Positions 46,826 to 56,596 of a stretch of 64,000 nucleotides of DNA are shown piece by piece; position 1 is the first letter of the stretch; every line of letters begins with the position of its first letter. The notes below the pieces were generated by a model, which was not told the DNA's origin, searched no databases, and saw only the letters and a list, made by a program, of their open reading frames with translations. The stretch is from an uncultured Actinomycetes bacterium (lineage in GTDB: Bacteria; Actinomycetota; Acidimicrobiia; Spongiisociales; ZC4RG35): NCBI GenBank assembly GCA_937989945.1, contig CALKIG010000114.1:3330-67329 (forward strand). The letters are read 5' to 3'. The position numbers and the translations under genes were made by a program.

Positions 46826-47905
46826 TCAATCCTCGCCGAGCTCCCGGAGGATCGAGCCCATGCGACGGCGGCGCATCAGGCCGTGACCGTCTTCTTCGCT
46901 GTTCTCGGAACCGACCTCGGAGAACACCTTCTCGAGAAAAGCGTCGGTGTCTTCGCCGTCACCCTCGCCTTCGGCAGCCGCGGGGTCTGTCTCGCCCGAC
47001 TCTTCGCTCGCTGCGGGGGCTTCATCGTCCTCCGGCTCATCCCACCATGACTGATTCGGGTCGAACGCGGGTTCGTCTTCCGTTTTTGCCTCGTCGCTGG
47101 CGGCGACCACGTCGTGGCTCTCTTCAGCAACAGGTTCTTCGGCAACAGGAGCCTCGACAACGGGCTCCGTCTGTTCGAAGGACGGCTCCGAGACCGGCTC
47201 AACGGGTTCGGCCGCTGCGTCCTCAAAGTCATGCGGCTCTTGGCTCGGCTCGCTGTCGACGGGCGGAACGAATCCACCCTTGGAAGTCAGAAGATCTTCG
47301 ACAAGCAGCGAGGCAGCCACGCTGGCGACCGCGTAGTCGGTCGTTCCGAGGCGCCTCGAAAGCTCACTGACAGAAGCACCTGAGCCAATCTCACTGATGA
47401 CTCGCCAGGACTCACGGTCGATCTCGACAGACTCTCGCTGCAGGTCTCGGTTGATCTTCATCTGGACGTCGAGATCGGGGATCCTCGTCTTCACCTTGTC
47501 CCACTGCTCGGCGCGCCTGCGTGCGTCTTCGAGGATGTGCTCCAGCTCGAAAGGTGTGGGGGCTGCATAGGGGCTGGTCACGTCTTTTGCGACCTGGAAG
47601 TCTCCTGGCTCCAGCTGCATGCGATAGACGCTTTCGACCGTCATCTCCCGGATCACGTCGATCAAATCGTCGCTGAAGTCGAAACGCTCTCCGGCATCGG
47701 GGCGGAGATAGCCGGAGTTGACGAGGTGTCGTTGGAGGTAGTCGTCCTCGAACGTCGTGGCGAGGCCTATGCCCTGGCCTGTGACAAAGACACGCCCGTC
47801 GACGGCACCGTTGGTGATTTGAACGACGCCCGTGTTGCCGGCTCGGGTCAGGAGCCGCAGCACCTCGTCGAGAGGCACAAAACCTAGATTTCCTGAAAGA
47901 GTCAT
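46826..47905 (-). CDS. DUF4388 (PatA-like N-terminal) domain protein with HTH-like middle segment and long acidic low-complexity tail
   Basis: From ATG 47905: MTLSGNLGFVPLDEVLRLLTRAGNTGVVQI... is the DUF4388 signature (L.G.L....L.DVLQLL). The C-terminal ~140 aa are rich in E/D/P/A. Confidence 0.6.
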   Translation of the reverse strand: MTLSGNLGFVPLDEVLRLLTRAGNTGVVQITNGAVDGRVFVTGQGIGLATTFEDDYLQRHLVNSGYLRPDAGERFDFSDDLIDVIREMTVESVYRMQLEPGDFQVAKDVTSPYAAPTPFELEHILEDARRRAEQWDKVKTRIPDLDVQMKINRDLQRESVEIDRESWRVISEIGSGASVSELSRRLGTTDYAVASVAASLLVEDLLTSKGGFVPPVDSEPSQEPHDFEDAAAEPVEPVSEPSFEQTEPVVEAPVAEEPVAEESHDVVAASDEAKTEDEPAFDPNQSWWDEPEDDEAPAASEESGETDPAAAEGEGDGEDTDAFLEKVFSEVGSENSEEDGHGLMRRRRMGSILRELGED

Positions 47906-47967
47906 TGTTCGCTCTACTCCTTGATGAAAGAGCCGTACCCAGAATTTCGGCTTCTGCACTTCATCCT

Positions 47968-48747
47968 TTAGGCATTTCTAGCGGCGCGAACCATCGTATC
48001 GATCTCCACATCCACCCCGGTCCACCAGGTGAAGGAGGCCGCCGCCTGCATCGCCAGGAATTGAAGACCGTCGACCACTGCAATCCCGGCAGCTTTGCCT
48101 GCGGACACCGCCGGCGTCTCCTCCGGGCCATAAGGCAGGTCGATCAGCGCCGCCGGGGATTCGGCAATCCCATCGGGAAGGCTCTCGCCGTGCATCCCAA
48201 GAGGGGTGCAGTTGATCACAATGGCCCCATGGGGCGCGGAGGTGAGTGGCCTCACGTCATCCCCGAAACGATCCTGGAGCTCGCGGACGCGATCACGACT
48301 GCGTGCCCAGACCAGAGTCGGTGGACCATCGAGTGCCGCCAGGGCGGTCAGGGCCGCGCGCGCCGATCCACCCGATCCGAGAAGGACCACCGGTCGGTCG
48401 AGGTCCAGCTCGGAGAGGATCTTCTCGAAAGCGACAACGTCCGTTGAGTGGCCAACCAGGACACTGCCTTCGGACTTCATCGTGTTGACGGAGGCGGAGT
48501 GCGCTGCTTGTTCCGTCAGGCGATCGCATGAGTCGTGTGCGAGCCCCTTGTGGGGCATCGTCACGTTCATCCCCTGAATCGAGCCTGAACGCACCTCTCC
48601 GACGAGCGCGGCAAAGCCGTTCTGGTCGCAACGTATCGCTTCGTACTCGCCGGTCAAACCTGCAGAGTCGAGTGCAGCCTCATGCATCCGAGGCGACAGG
48701 CTGTGGGCAACCGGATCACCCGCCAGCACGAACCTGTACTCCATCAC
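47968..48747 (-). CDS. aroE: shikimate dehydrogenase
   Basis: 259 aa. G.P..HS.SP.MH, NVT.P.K, GSGGSARA (NADP-binding). Confidence 0.9.
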   Translation of the reverse strand: MMEYRFVLAGDPVAHSLSPRMHEAALDSAGLTGEYEAIRCDQNGFAALVGEVRSGSIQGMNVTMPHKGLAHDSCDRLTEQAAHSASVNTMKSEGSVLVGHSTDVVAFEKILSELDLDRPVVLLGSGGSARAALTALAALDGPPTLVWARSRDRVRELQDRFGDDVRPLTSAPHGAIVINCTPLGMHGESLPDGIAESPAALIDLPYGPEETPAVSAGKAAGIAVVDGLQFLAMQAAASFTWWTGVDVEIDTMVRAARNA

Positions 48748-48774
48748 AAGGAGTGTTGCACAGAGCGTGTTGCC

Positions 48775-49869
48775 CTACGGCAGAACGCCGTCTTCGCGCG
48801 CCTGCGCCACGTTGGCGTTGTGCTCCTCGATCGTGACGGCGAAGGCGTGATGACCGTCGAGATCGGACAGCACGTAGAAGAGATAGTCGGTTTCGGCGGG
48901 AGCCGCCGCCGCTTCGAGGGATGCCCTTCCCGGCGCCGAGATCGGCGTTGGGGGTAACCCGTTCACCAGGTACGTGTTGTACGGGGAATCGAATTCGCGA
49001 TTGAAGTCTGCGATATCACGGGTTTCGAGGGCGTAGAGGACCGTGGCGTCGATGTCGAGCTTCATGCCCAGCGAGAGCCGGTTGTGAAGCACGCTGGAGA
49101 CGATGGGGCGCTCTTCGTCGAGGAGCACCTCCGACTCGACGAGTGAGGCAATTATGAGGCCTTCGTAAACGGTGAAGCCAAGACTCTCCAGGGCCGTCCA
49201 GTCGATGCTGTCGACTCGTTGCTCCATGGTCGAGGCAAGTCTCTGCAGAATGTCACCCGCCGTGGCTTCCCGGGTGAACTCGTAGGTGTCCGGGAACAGA
49301 AGCCCTTCCCACGAGCGCAAGTCATCGCCACCCTGATGGAGTGACGATGCGACCTCTCCAGAGAGCAGAGCCGTCTCGAAATCCCGGTAGGGGATCCCGC
49401 TCGTCTCTGCCAAGGACGACAGTATCTCCTCAATGCGGAGCCCCTCAATCACTGTCACCCGATACACGTCTGCCACGGGCCCTATGACCAGCATTGCGAC
49501 CGCCTCGGCCGGATCCATCAACGTGGTCATGAGATATGTGCCCGCCTTGAGGTCTGCGGCCGCATCGGAGTTCCGCACGGCGACCTCGAACTCGAGCGCC
49601 GACTTGACCACGCCGTTCGCCGCCAAAATCGCGCCGATTTCCTGCGCCGACGAGCCGGATGGGATGTCGACGGTGACCTCGAGCCCAGGCTCGACATCGA
49701 CCGGTACATCGTCACTGCCGTCACCGCCGACAGCCAAGCCCACCTGACGGCCGAGATATGACGCACCCCCGACGAGCACGAAACCGGAGAGAATGACGAT
49801 GGCGATTATCCCGAGAACCTTCGCGGTTCTTACCGCGGGTTTGGGATCTGGGGCAGGTTCGAAGGTCAT
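48775..49869 (-). CDS. mltG: endolytic murein transglycosylase MltG (YceG-like)
   Basis: 364 aa. N-terminal TM, LysM-like segment, SLVESE catalytic Glu region and NTY...GLPPTPI motif. Confidence 0.88.
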   Translation of the reverse strand: MTFEPAPDPKPAVRTAKVLGIIAIVILSGFVLVGGASYLGRQVGLAVGGDGSDDVPVDVEPGLEVTVDIPSGSSAQEIGAILAANGVVKSALEFEVAVRNSDAAADLKAGTYLMTTLMDPAEAVAMLVIGPVADVYRVTVIEGLRIEEILSSLAETSGIPYRDFETALLSGEVASSLHQGGDDLRSWEGLLFPDTYEFTREATAGDILQRLASTMEQRVDSIDWTALESLGFTVYEGLIIASLVESEVLLDEERPIVSSVLHNRLSLGMKLDIDATVLYALETRDIADFNREFDSPYNTYLVNGLPPTPISAPGRASLEAAAAPAETDYLFYVLSDLDGHHAFAVTIEEHNANVAQAREDGVLP

Positions 49870-50267
49870 TGGTTATCTAGGTAGTCCTGGAGGATCATCG
49901 CTGCGGCGATTTTGTCTAGCTTCTTGCGGCGGTCCCGGCGCTTCATACCCTTCTCGAGCAGACTCGACTCCGCCATCCGCGAAGTGAAGCGCTCGTCGTG
50001 GTAGACAACCTGGACTCCTGTGGCCTCCTGGATTTCCTTTCCGAGAGCCCTGGCCGCCTCAGCGGAGGCGCCCTCATGCCCACCGAGGGAGGTGGGGAGA
50101 CCGACCACAATTTTACCGACTTCCAGTTCCTTTACGAGGTTTCCGACCACCTCGACTGCGGTTCGACTGGAGATGACATCGAGTGGTCGAACGGTGATGC
50201 CAAGAGGGTCGGAGACCGCCAACCCAACTCGCTTGTGGCCGTAGTCGACGCCGAGCACCCGGCTCAC
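49866..50267 (-). CDS. ruvX: putative pre-16S rRNA nuclease / Holliday junction resolvase-like protein RuvX (YqgF)
   Basis: 133 aa. VLGVDYGHKRVGLAVSD...DERFTS signature. Confidence 0.9.
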   Translation of the reverse strand: MSRVLGVDYGHKRVGLAVSDPLGITVRPLDVISSRTAVEVVGNLVKELEVGKIVVGLPTSLGGHEGASAEAARALGKEIQEATGVQVVYHDERFTSRMAESSLLEKGMKRRDRRKKLDKIAAAMILQDYLDNQ

Positions 50268-52882
50268 AGGCCCGAGAGCGCCCTCTCTGCCGCTTCTCTC
50301 GACGTTGCCAGCGCCGCTTCGAGGTTACTGCCATCTGGCCCACCGGCCTGGGCCAGCTCGGGATCCCTCGAACCGCCTCCACCCAGAGCTTTGGCGCCGT
50401 CCGAGATGAGCTCGGCGGCCGACACACCGGCTTCGACGAGATCGGGCGTCACCACGCCCACCAGAGCCCCTTTGCCCCCGACGTCGGACCCCAAGATCGT
50501 GACCGTGCCCGGCCCAGCGGCGTCCCGTACCGAAAGGGCGAGTTGGCGCAGCTCATTGCCACCCATCTCTGCCGGCGCCACGACCAGCTTGTACTCGCCG
50601 ACGCGAGCCGCTGCGCTCGCCAGCTCCGTAGCGAGCTGACTTCGGCTGCTCGAGCGGACCGCATCGAGTTGGCGCTCCAGTTCAGCCGACTTCTCCAGAA
50701 TCGCCTCGACTCGTGCTGGGGCCTCCCTGGCCGGCACTTTGAGGGACCGGGCGACCTGGTCCAGGTCGGCTCGCATCTCGACGAGCTTGTCGAACGCCGC
50801 CATGCCGGTCAGCGCCTCGACCCGGCGGACATTGGCCCCGATCGAAGACTCACTCGTGAGGATGAGCGGGCCGACCTGGCCTGAAGTGTCGGTGTGGGTC
50901 CCGCCGCAGAACTCGACGGAGAAGTCGCCAATGCTGACGACCCGGACGACTTCGCCGTACTTGTCGCCAAAGAAGGCGATGGCGCCCATCTCCTTCGCCT
51001 CGTCCTTGGACGTCACCGTGGTCTCGACCGCGGAGTTGGCGATGAGTCGCTCGTTCACTTCCGACTCGATCTCGGCGAGCTCTTGACCGGGAACCTGGGT
51101 GTGGTGAGAGAAGTCGAACCGCAGCCTGCCCGGCTCGACCAAGGAGCCTGCCTGGCCGGCATGGTCGCCAACAACGTCCCGGATGGCCCAGTGGAGCACA
51201 TGAGTGCCTGTGTGGCTCTTGCGAATCGCCTCACGCCTTGGTGAGTCGATTGAGGCTGTGGCTTCCTGCCCGGTTGCCATGTAGCCGGCAATGACCTTGG
51301 CGCGATGCCCGTGCAGGCCCTGAAGGGCGTGCTGTGTGTCAACGATCTCGGCCCGGCCCGTCTCGGTCTCGACCAGCCCGGTATCCCCGACCTGACCTCC
51401 GGACTCCCCATAGAACGGGGTCACATCGAGGAAGAGCTCGACTGTCTGGCCTTTCTCGGCCCGGTCGATCAGTTCACCGTCGCTGACCATCGAGAGGATC
51501 GTCCCCTTCGATGACTCGTGGGTGTATCCGACGAAATTCGTAGGACCTGTCGCATCGAGAATCTCCCGGTAGATGTCGGCGGCCGCCGCGGCGTCACCAC
51601 CTTTCCATGCCGCCCGGGCGCGCTCTCTTTGCTGTGCCATCTCCGACTCGAAACCCTCGAGGTCAACCGAAATTCCCCGTTCTTCGGCTATCTCCCGGGT
51701 CAGGTCGACAGGGAAGCCATAGGTATCGTGCAATTTGAAGACCGTGGTGCCGGGAAGGGACCCGGCATCGCCCTCCAACTCCGACTCGAGGAGCTGATGC
51801 CCCGATTCCAGAGTGCGCCGAAATCGCTCTTCCTCCCTGGTGACGACGTCGAGGACGAAATCCTTCTTCGTGACGAGCTCGGGATAAGCCGCGCCCATCA
51901 ACTCCACCGTCGCATCTACCAGTCCGGGGAATATGAGGCCTTCTCCGCCGTATTGCCATGCATGCCGGACGGCACGGCGAAGTACCCGCCGCAACACGTA
52001 TCCCCTCCCCTCGTTGGAAGGGACCACACCGTCGGAGATGAGGAAGGTGACTGTTCTTCCGTGATCGGCAAGAAGGCGAAGGGAGACGTCGGAGCCTGGG
52101 GCATCGCCGTAGGTGAGCCCGGTATATGACGCTGCGCGATCACGCACTGCCTTGATGGTGTCGATGTCGAAAACCGTGGGCACACCCTGGAGGACCGCAG
52201 CTACCCGATCGAGGCCCATCCCGGTGTCGATGTTCTTGGCGGGAAGGTCGCCGACCACGTGGTAAGGCTCGTCCTGAATGTTCTGCATGAAGACGAGGTT
52301 CCAAATCTCGACGAATCGATCCTCATCGCCACCGATTGGGCCTCCTCCCTCGCCGTACTCCTCGCCCTTGTCCCAGAACAGCTCCGAGCTTGGGCCGCAA
52401 GGCCCGGGGACACCCATTTGCCAGAAGTTGTCCTTCCCGCCTCTTTGCACGCGCTCCGCAGGCACGCCGACCCCGTCGATCCAGATCTGAGCCGCCTCGT
52501 CGTCGTCTTCGTACACCGTGTACCAGAGGCGATCCGGATCCAATCCCAGATCCTCGGTGACGAATTCGTAGGCGTAGGGAATGGCCTTCTCTTTGAAATA
52601 GTCACCGAAGCTGAAGTTGCCCATCATCTCGAAAAAGGAAAGATGGCGGGCCGTGGTGCCGATGATGTCGATGTCGACCGTTCGCACGCACTTCTGAATC
52701 GAAACCGCCCGATCCCATGGAGCCTCCTCCTCGCCGAGGAAGTAAGGCTTGAACGGGACCATCCCGGCGTTGTTGAGCAGGAGGGTGGGGTCTACCGGGA
52801 TCAGCGACGCAGACGGACGCAGAACATGGTCTCGTTCCTCGAAGAACGAAGTGAACTTGTCCCGTATCTGTTGGCTATCCAA
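50264..52882 (-). CDS. alaS: alanine--tRNA ligase
   Basis: 872 aa. FFEMMGNFSFGDYFK, the editing-domain HTGTH...CGGTH, and a C-terminal DHHA1-like domain. Confidence 0.97.
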   Translation of the reverse strand: MDSQQIRDKFTSFFEERDHVLRPSASLIPVDPTLLLNNAGMVPFKPYFLGEEEAPWDRAVSIQKCVRTVDIDIIGTTARHLSFFEMMGNFSFGDYFKEKAIPYAYEFVTEDLGLDPDRLWYTVYEDDDEAAQIWIDGVGVPAERVQRGGKDNFWQMGVPGPCGPSSELFWDKGEEYGEGGGPIGGDEDRFVEIWNLVFMQNIQDEPYHVVGDLPAKNIDTGMGLDRVAAVLQGVPTVFDIDTIKAVRDRAASYTGLTYGDAPGSDVSLRLLADHGRTVTFLISDGVVPSNEGRGYVLRRVLRRAVRHAWQYGGEGLIFPGLVDATVELMGAAYPELVTKKDFVLDVVTREEERFRRTLESGHQLLESELEGDAGSLPGTTVFKLHDTYGFPVDLTREIAEERGISVDLEGFESEMAQQRERARAAWKGGDAAAAADIYREILDATGPTNFVGYTHESSKGTILSMVSDGELIDRAEKGQTVELFLDVTPFYGESGGQVGDTGLVETETGRAEIVDTQHALQGLHGHRAKVIAGYMATGQEATASIDSPRREAIRKSHTGTHVLHWAIRDVVGDHAGQAGSLVEPGRLRFDFSHHTQVPGQELAEIESEVNERLIANSAVETTVTSKDEAKEMGAIAFFGDKYGEVVRVVSIGDFSVEFCGGTHTDTSGQVGPLILTSESSIGANVRRVEALTGMAAFDKLVEMRADLDQVARSLKVPAREAPARVEAILEKSAELERQLDAVRSSSRSQLATELASAAARVGEYKLVVAPAEMGGNELRQLALSVRDAAGPGTVTILGSDVGGKGALVGVVTPDLVEAGVSAAELISDGAKALGGGGSRDPELAQAGGPDGSNLEAALATSREAAERALSGL

Positions 52883-52935
52883 GGTGCCTCGATACTAAGT
52901 CCGAAGGCACCGATACCCCGAGCCAATAAGACGCA

Positions 52936-54705
52936 TCAAGTGTCCTGACGCTCCCTGGCAGCCGCCCCGAGCTCGAGACCCAATTCTCCCAGTTGACCCT
53001 CATCCACCCGCGTGGGAGCGCCTGTCATCGGGTCCACACCGGTCTGTGTCTTCGGGAACGGGATGACTTCTCGAATCGAAGGCTCGTTCTGGAGAATCAT
53101 CACGAGCCGGTCGATGCCGAAGGCGAACCCCGCGTGCGGCGGTGTCCCGTATCGGAGGGCCTCGAGGAACCAGCCGAAGCGTCTTTCGGCGAGCTCCCGA
53201 TCGATTCCGAGAATCGAGAAGACCTCATTCTGCGTTTCGGGATCGTGAATACGAACCGAGCCCGACCCGAGCTCGACACCGTTGAGCACGACGTCGTAGG
53301 CCTTTGAGATTGCGTTGTGAGGGTCATCTCTCATCTCGTCGATCGATGCGGGAGACGTGAAGGGGTGATGAGAGAAGGTGATCCTGCCATCCTCGTCCTC
53401 CTCGAAGAGCGGGAAGTCGACGACCCACAGGAAAGCAAGGTCGTCGTGCCCTTTGGGCCTACCGAGCTCGAGGCGAAGTGCCCCGAGCACTGTGACAGCC
53501 ACCTTCCATCGGTCCGCTGCCATCAGCAGCACATCGCCAGGTGCGGCCTCCAGAGCATCCTTGATCCCGGTGACCTCGTTGTCGCCGAGGAACTTTGCGA
53601 CAGGCGAGCGCAGCGAGCCATCCTCCTCGACGACCATCCAGACCAGTCCGCCGGCTCCCAAGCTCTTCGCCTTCTCGGTGAGCCCGTCCGCCCTGCTACG
53701 CGACCACTCCTGTGACCCGGCGTTGATTCCGCGAACCGTCCCGCCCCCGTCGATCGCTTTGGAGAAGACCCCGAACTCGGAACCGGCGACGATGTCACTG
53801 AGATCGACGATCTCCATTTCAAAACGAATGTCGGGTTTATCCGTGCCGTAGCGATCCATGGCCTCCAGCCAGGTCATCCGGGGGAAGTCTTCGGTGATCG
53901 TCTCGCCACGAACCTCTTCGACCACCGCTTTCAACACCGACTCGATGGTCTCGAGGACCTCTTCTTTACCCCAGAAGGACCCTTCGAGGTCGAGCTGGGT
54001 GAACTCGAGCTGGCGGTCGGCCCGAAAGTCTTCGTCCCGGTAACACCGGGCGATCTGGAAGTATCGCTCGACTCCGCCGATCATCAGGAGCTGTTTGAAC
54101 AACTGCGGAGATTGGGGAAGCGCGTAGAACTCGCCTGGGCGAAGACGTGAAGGGACCAGCATGTCGCGAGCTCCCTCCGGGGTGCTGTTGATGAGCGTCG
54201 GCGTCTCGATCTCCAAGAACCCTGCCTCGTCGAGAGTCTTCCGGATCGCTGCGGTCGCCCGGGAGCGGGCCTTGAGATTCGCAGCCATCCGCGGACGCCG
54301 CAGATCGAGGTAGCGATGCTGGAGCCTGGTCTTCTCGTCTACTTCCGTACGATCGTCGATCAGGAAAGGGAGCGTCTCGGAGGGTGAGAGCACCGAGATC
54401 GAATCGGCCCCCACCTCGATCTCACCGGTCTCAAGGTCGGGGTTGACCGTCCCTTCGGGCCGTTCCCTGACTGTTCCGGTGACACTCACGCAGTATTCCA
54501 TCCGCAACTCATCGACCACGTCGTGCTCCTCGGGGTCTGCGACGACCTGAACGAGGCCGGAGGCATCACGTATATCGAGGAAAGCGACACCGCCATGATC
54601 GCGACGGCGCTGCACCCAACCGGCGACAGTGACGCGGTCGCCAACGGACGCCGACGAGAGCTCGCCGGCGTGGTGTGTTCGGATCACTTGTGGCTGATCA
54701 GCCAA
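52936..54705 (-). CDS. aspS: aspartate--tRNA ligase (bacterial type with GAD insertion)
   Basis: 589 aa. OB anticodon-binding N-domain, FRDEDFRADRQ.EFTQLD, GGGLVWM GAD insert, GFAFGIDRL. Confidence 0.97.
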   Translation of the reverse strand: MADQPQVIRTHHAGELSSASVGDRVTVAGWVQRRRDHGGVAFLDIRDASGLVQVVADPEEHDVVDELRMEYCVSVTGTVRERPEGTVNPDLETGEIEVGADSISVLSPSETLPFLIDDRTEVDEKTRLQHRYLDLRRPRMAANLKARSRATAAIRKTLDEAGFLEIETPTLINSTPEGARDMLVPSRLRPGEFYALPQSPQLFKQLLMIGGVERYFQIARCYRDEDFRADRQLEFTQLDLEGSFWGKEEVLETIESVLKAVVEEVRGETITEDFPRMTWLEAMDRYGTDKPDIRFEMEIVDLSDIVAGSEFGVFSKAIDGGGTVRGINAGSQEWSRSRADGLTEKAKSLGAGGLVWMVVEEDGSLRSPVAKFLGDNEVTGIKDALEAAPGDVLLMAADRWKVAVTVLGALRLELGRPKGHDDLAFLWVVDFPLFEEDEDGRITFSHHPFTSPASIDEMRDDPHNAISKAYDVVLNGVELGSGSVRIHDPETQNEVFSILGIDRELAERRFGWFLEALRYGTPPHAGFAFGIDRLVMILQNEPSIREVIPFPKTQTGVDPMTGAPTRVDEGQLGELGLELGAAARERQDT

Positions 54706-55898
54706 TTCACAACCTCCTGGAGCGGAATCTCGTGTCTGTCGTCCTCGATGCGGACGCTTACGTCCTGGCCCTGGCCGTGGAGAATCACGGTGGTGGGCGC
54801 ACCGGACTTGGCAGCCGATTTGAACTGGGCCTTCACCGACCTGCCGGATGCATCGAAGTCCACGGCAAGACCACCCCGCCGCAACGCCGAAACCAACGGG
54901 AGTGCATCTGCTGGTGTCGTCTCAGACACGACGTAGATATCGAGCTCGGGCTCTCCCGGCTGCTCACCGAGCGCCAGGACAATGCGGTCGATCCCCAGTG
55001 CGAAGCCCACGCCTGGGGCCCGACGCCCGCCGATGCTCTCGGCGAGACCGTCATATCGGCCGCCACCCCCCACAGCGTTCTGCGCCGCGTCCAACCCGAT
55101 CCCGATGTACTCGAATGCTGTGCGCGTGTAGTAGTCGAGCCCGCGGACGAGCTTCTTGTCCTCTATGAAGGGGATGCCGACGGTGTCGAGTCCTCGCTTG
55201 ACCGCGTCGTAGTGGGCCTGGCACTCGTTGCACAAGAAGTCGGTCATGGATGGGGCATCGCCGACGACGTCAGCACAAACCTTGCAATCGAGTATTCGAA
55301 GGGGGTTCCGGTCGATCAATGCCACCGAGTCGTCGCACAGATCCTCCTCGATGTCCTTGAAGAACTGACGCAGGTTCTCGAGGTATACGGGCCGGCAGGT
55401 GGCGTCGCCCAGGCTGTTGATCCTCAACTCGAGTTCCTCGACGCCCACATCTTCGATGTATCGATAGCCGAGCTCGATCACCTCGATGTCTGCCATCGGC
55501 GCTTCGACGTCGAGGTATTCCACACCCACTTGGTAGAACTGCCGGTTCCGTCCCTTCTGAGGACGCTCGTACCGGAACATCGGGCCGGAATAGGCGGCCT
55601 TCCATGCCCCCTGTGCTCCAGAGTCGAGGAATGCCCTGACGACCCCGGCCGTCCCCTCGGGGCGCAATGTGATCGATCGGCCTCCTTTGTCCTCGAAGGT
55701 GTACATCTGCTTTGTCACGACATCCGTGGTGTCGCCCACGCCACGTTCGAACAATTCCGTCGACTCGAAGATGGGTGTGATGATCAACGGGTACCCGAAT
55801 CGCTCTGACCACTCTTCCCAGGCGGTCAGGACACGTCGCCAAATGCCCGATTCAGGCAGGTGGATGTCGTCGACGCCTTTGGGAGGCTGGAAGCTCAT
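54684..55898 (-). CDS. hisS: histidine--tRNA ligase
   Basis: 404 aa. LRPEGTA, FRYERPQKGR.RQF.Q, GGGRYD motifs. Confidence 0.95.
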   Translation of the reverse strand: MSFQPPKGVDDIHLPESGIWRRVLTAWEEWSERFGYPLIITPIFESTELFERGVGDTTDVVTKQMYTFEDKGGRSITLRPEGTAGVVRAFLDSGAQGAWKAAYSGPMFRYERPQKGRNRQFYQVGVEYLDVEAPMADIEVIELGYRYIEDVGVEELELRINSLGDATCRPVYLENLRQFFKDIEEDLCDDSVALIDRNPLRILDCKVCADVVGDAPSMTDFLCNECQAHYDAVKRGLDTVGIPFIEDKKLVRGLDYYTRTAFEYIGIGLDAAQNAVGGGGRYDGLAESIGGRRAPGVGFALGIDRIVLALGEQPGEPELDIYVVSETTPADALPLVSALRRGGLAVDFDASGRSVKAQFKSAAKSGAPTTVILHGQGQDVSVRIEDDRHEIPLQEVVNWLISHK

Positions 55899-55951
55899 GA
55901 CTGAGGCAGGTTAGGCGTGACGACTCGCGAACCCCGATCTGCGGAAGGGCT

Positions 55952-56596
55952 TCACAGGCCGCGTATGAATGGGTTTGAGCGTCGTTCTGTCCCGATGGTG
56001 GTCTGAGGGCCGTGGCCGGGAAGCACGTGAACGTCATCGTCGAGTGTCAGCACGCGCTCGCGCATCGACTCGAGGAGCTGGTCCCAAGACCCGCCGGGGA
56101 GGTCGGTGCGACCGACACTGCCTTTGAACAGCTGATCGCCAGAGAACAGCACCGCATCGTCGGCGACATAGAAGCAGCAATGCCCCGGGGTATGCCCTGG
56201 AGTGTGGCGCGTCTCCACAGCGAAACCGGCGAGATCGAGAACCTGCCCATCCTCTAGAGAAGTCAGCTTCTTGGGCACCTCATAGGAGCCCGGAGGCGCC
56301 ATTCCAAAGATCTGCTTCAGCTGCTCCTCGGGGTGGAGGGTGAGGAAGTCGTCGTCAGGATGCACGTAGACCTCACTTCCGTGATCGGCCACGAACTCTC
56401 CCGCCCCGCCGCTGTGATCGACATGACCGTGGGTGAGCAAGACGGCAGCAACCGTCACGTCATGCTCGAGGACAACTTTGGAGACAGCCTTCGGGTCGGG
56501 AGGGATGTCCACGAGAAAGGCGACTCCGCCTTTCTCTTCATAGGCGAGGTAGGCGTTCGTCCCCGTGACCCATGCCGGGATGGCAACGACCTTCAC
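55952..56596 (-). CDS. MBL-fold metallo-hydrolase (glyoxalase II-like)
   Basis: 214 aa. THGHVDHSGG (HxHxDH), HTPGHTPG, and a downstream His. Confidence 0.85.
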   Translation of the reverse strand: MKVVAIPAWVTGTNAYLAYEEKGGVAFLVDIPPDPKAVSKVVLEHDVTVAAVLLTHGHVDHSGGAGEFVADHGSEVYVHPDDDFLTLHPEEQLKQIFGMAPPGSYEVPKKLTSLEDGQVLDLAGFAVETRHTPGHTPGHCCFYVADDAVLFSGDQLFKGSVGRTDLPGGSWDQLLESMRERVLTLDDDVHVLPGHGPQTTIGTERRSNPFIRGL

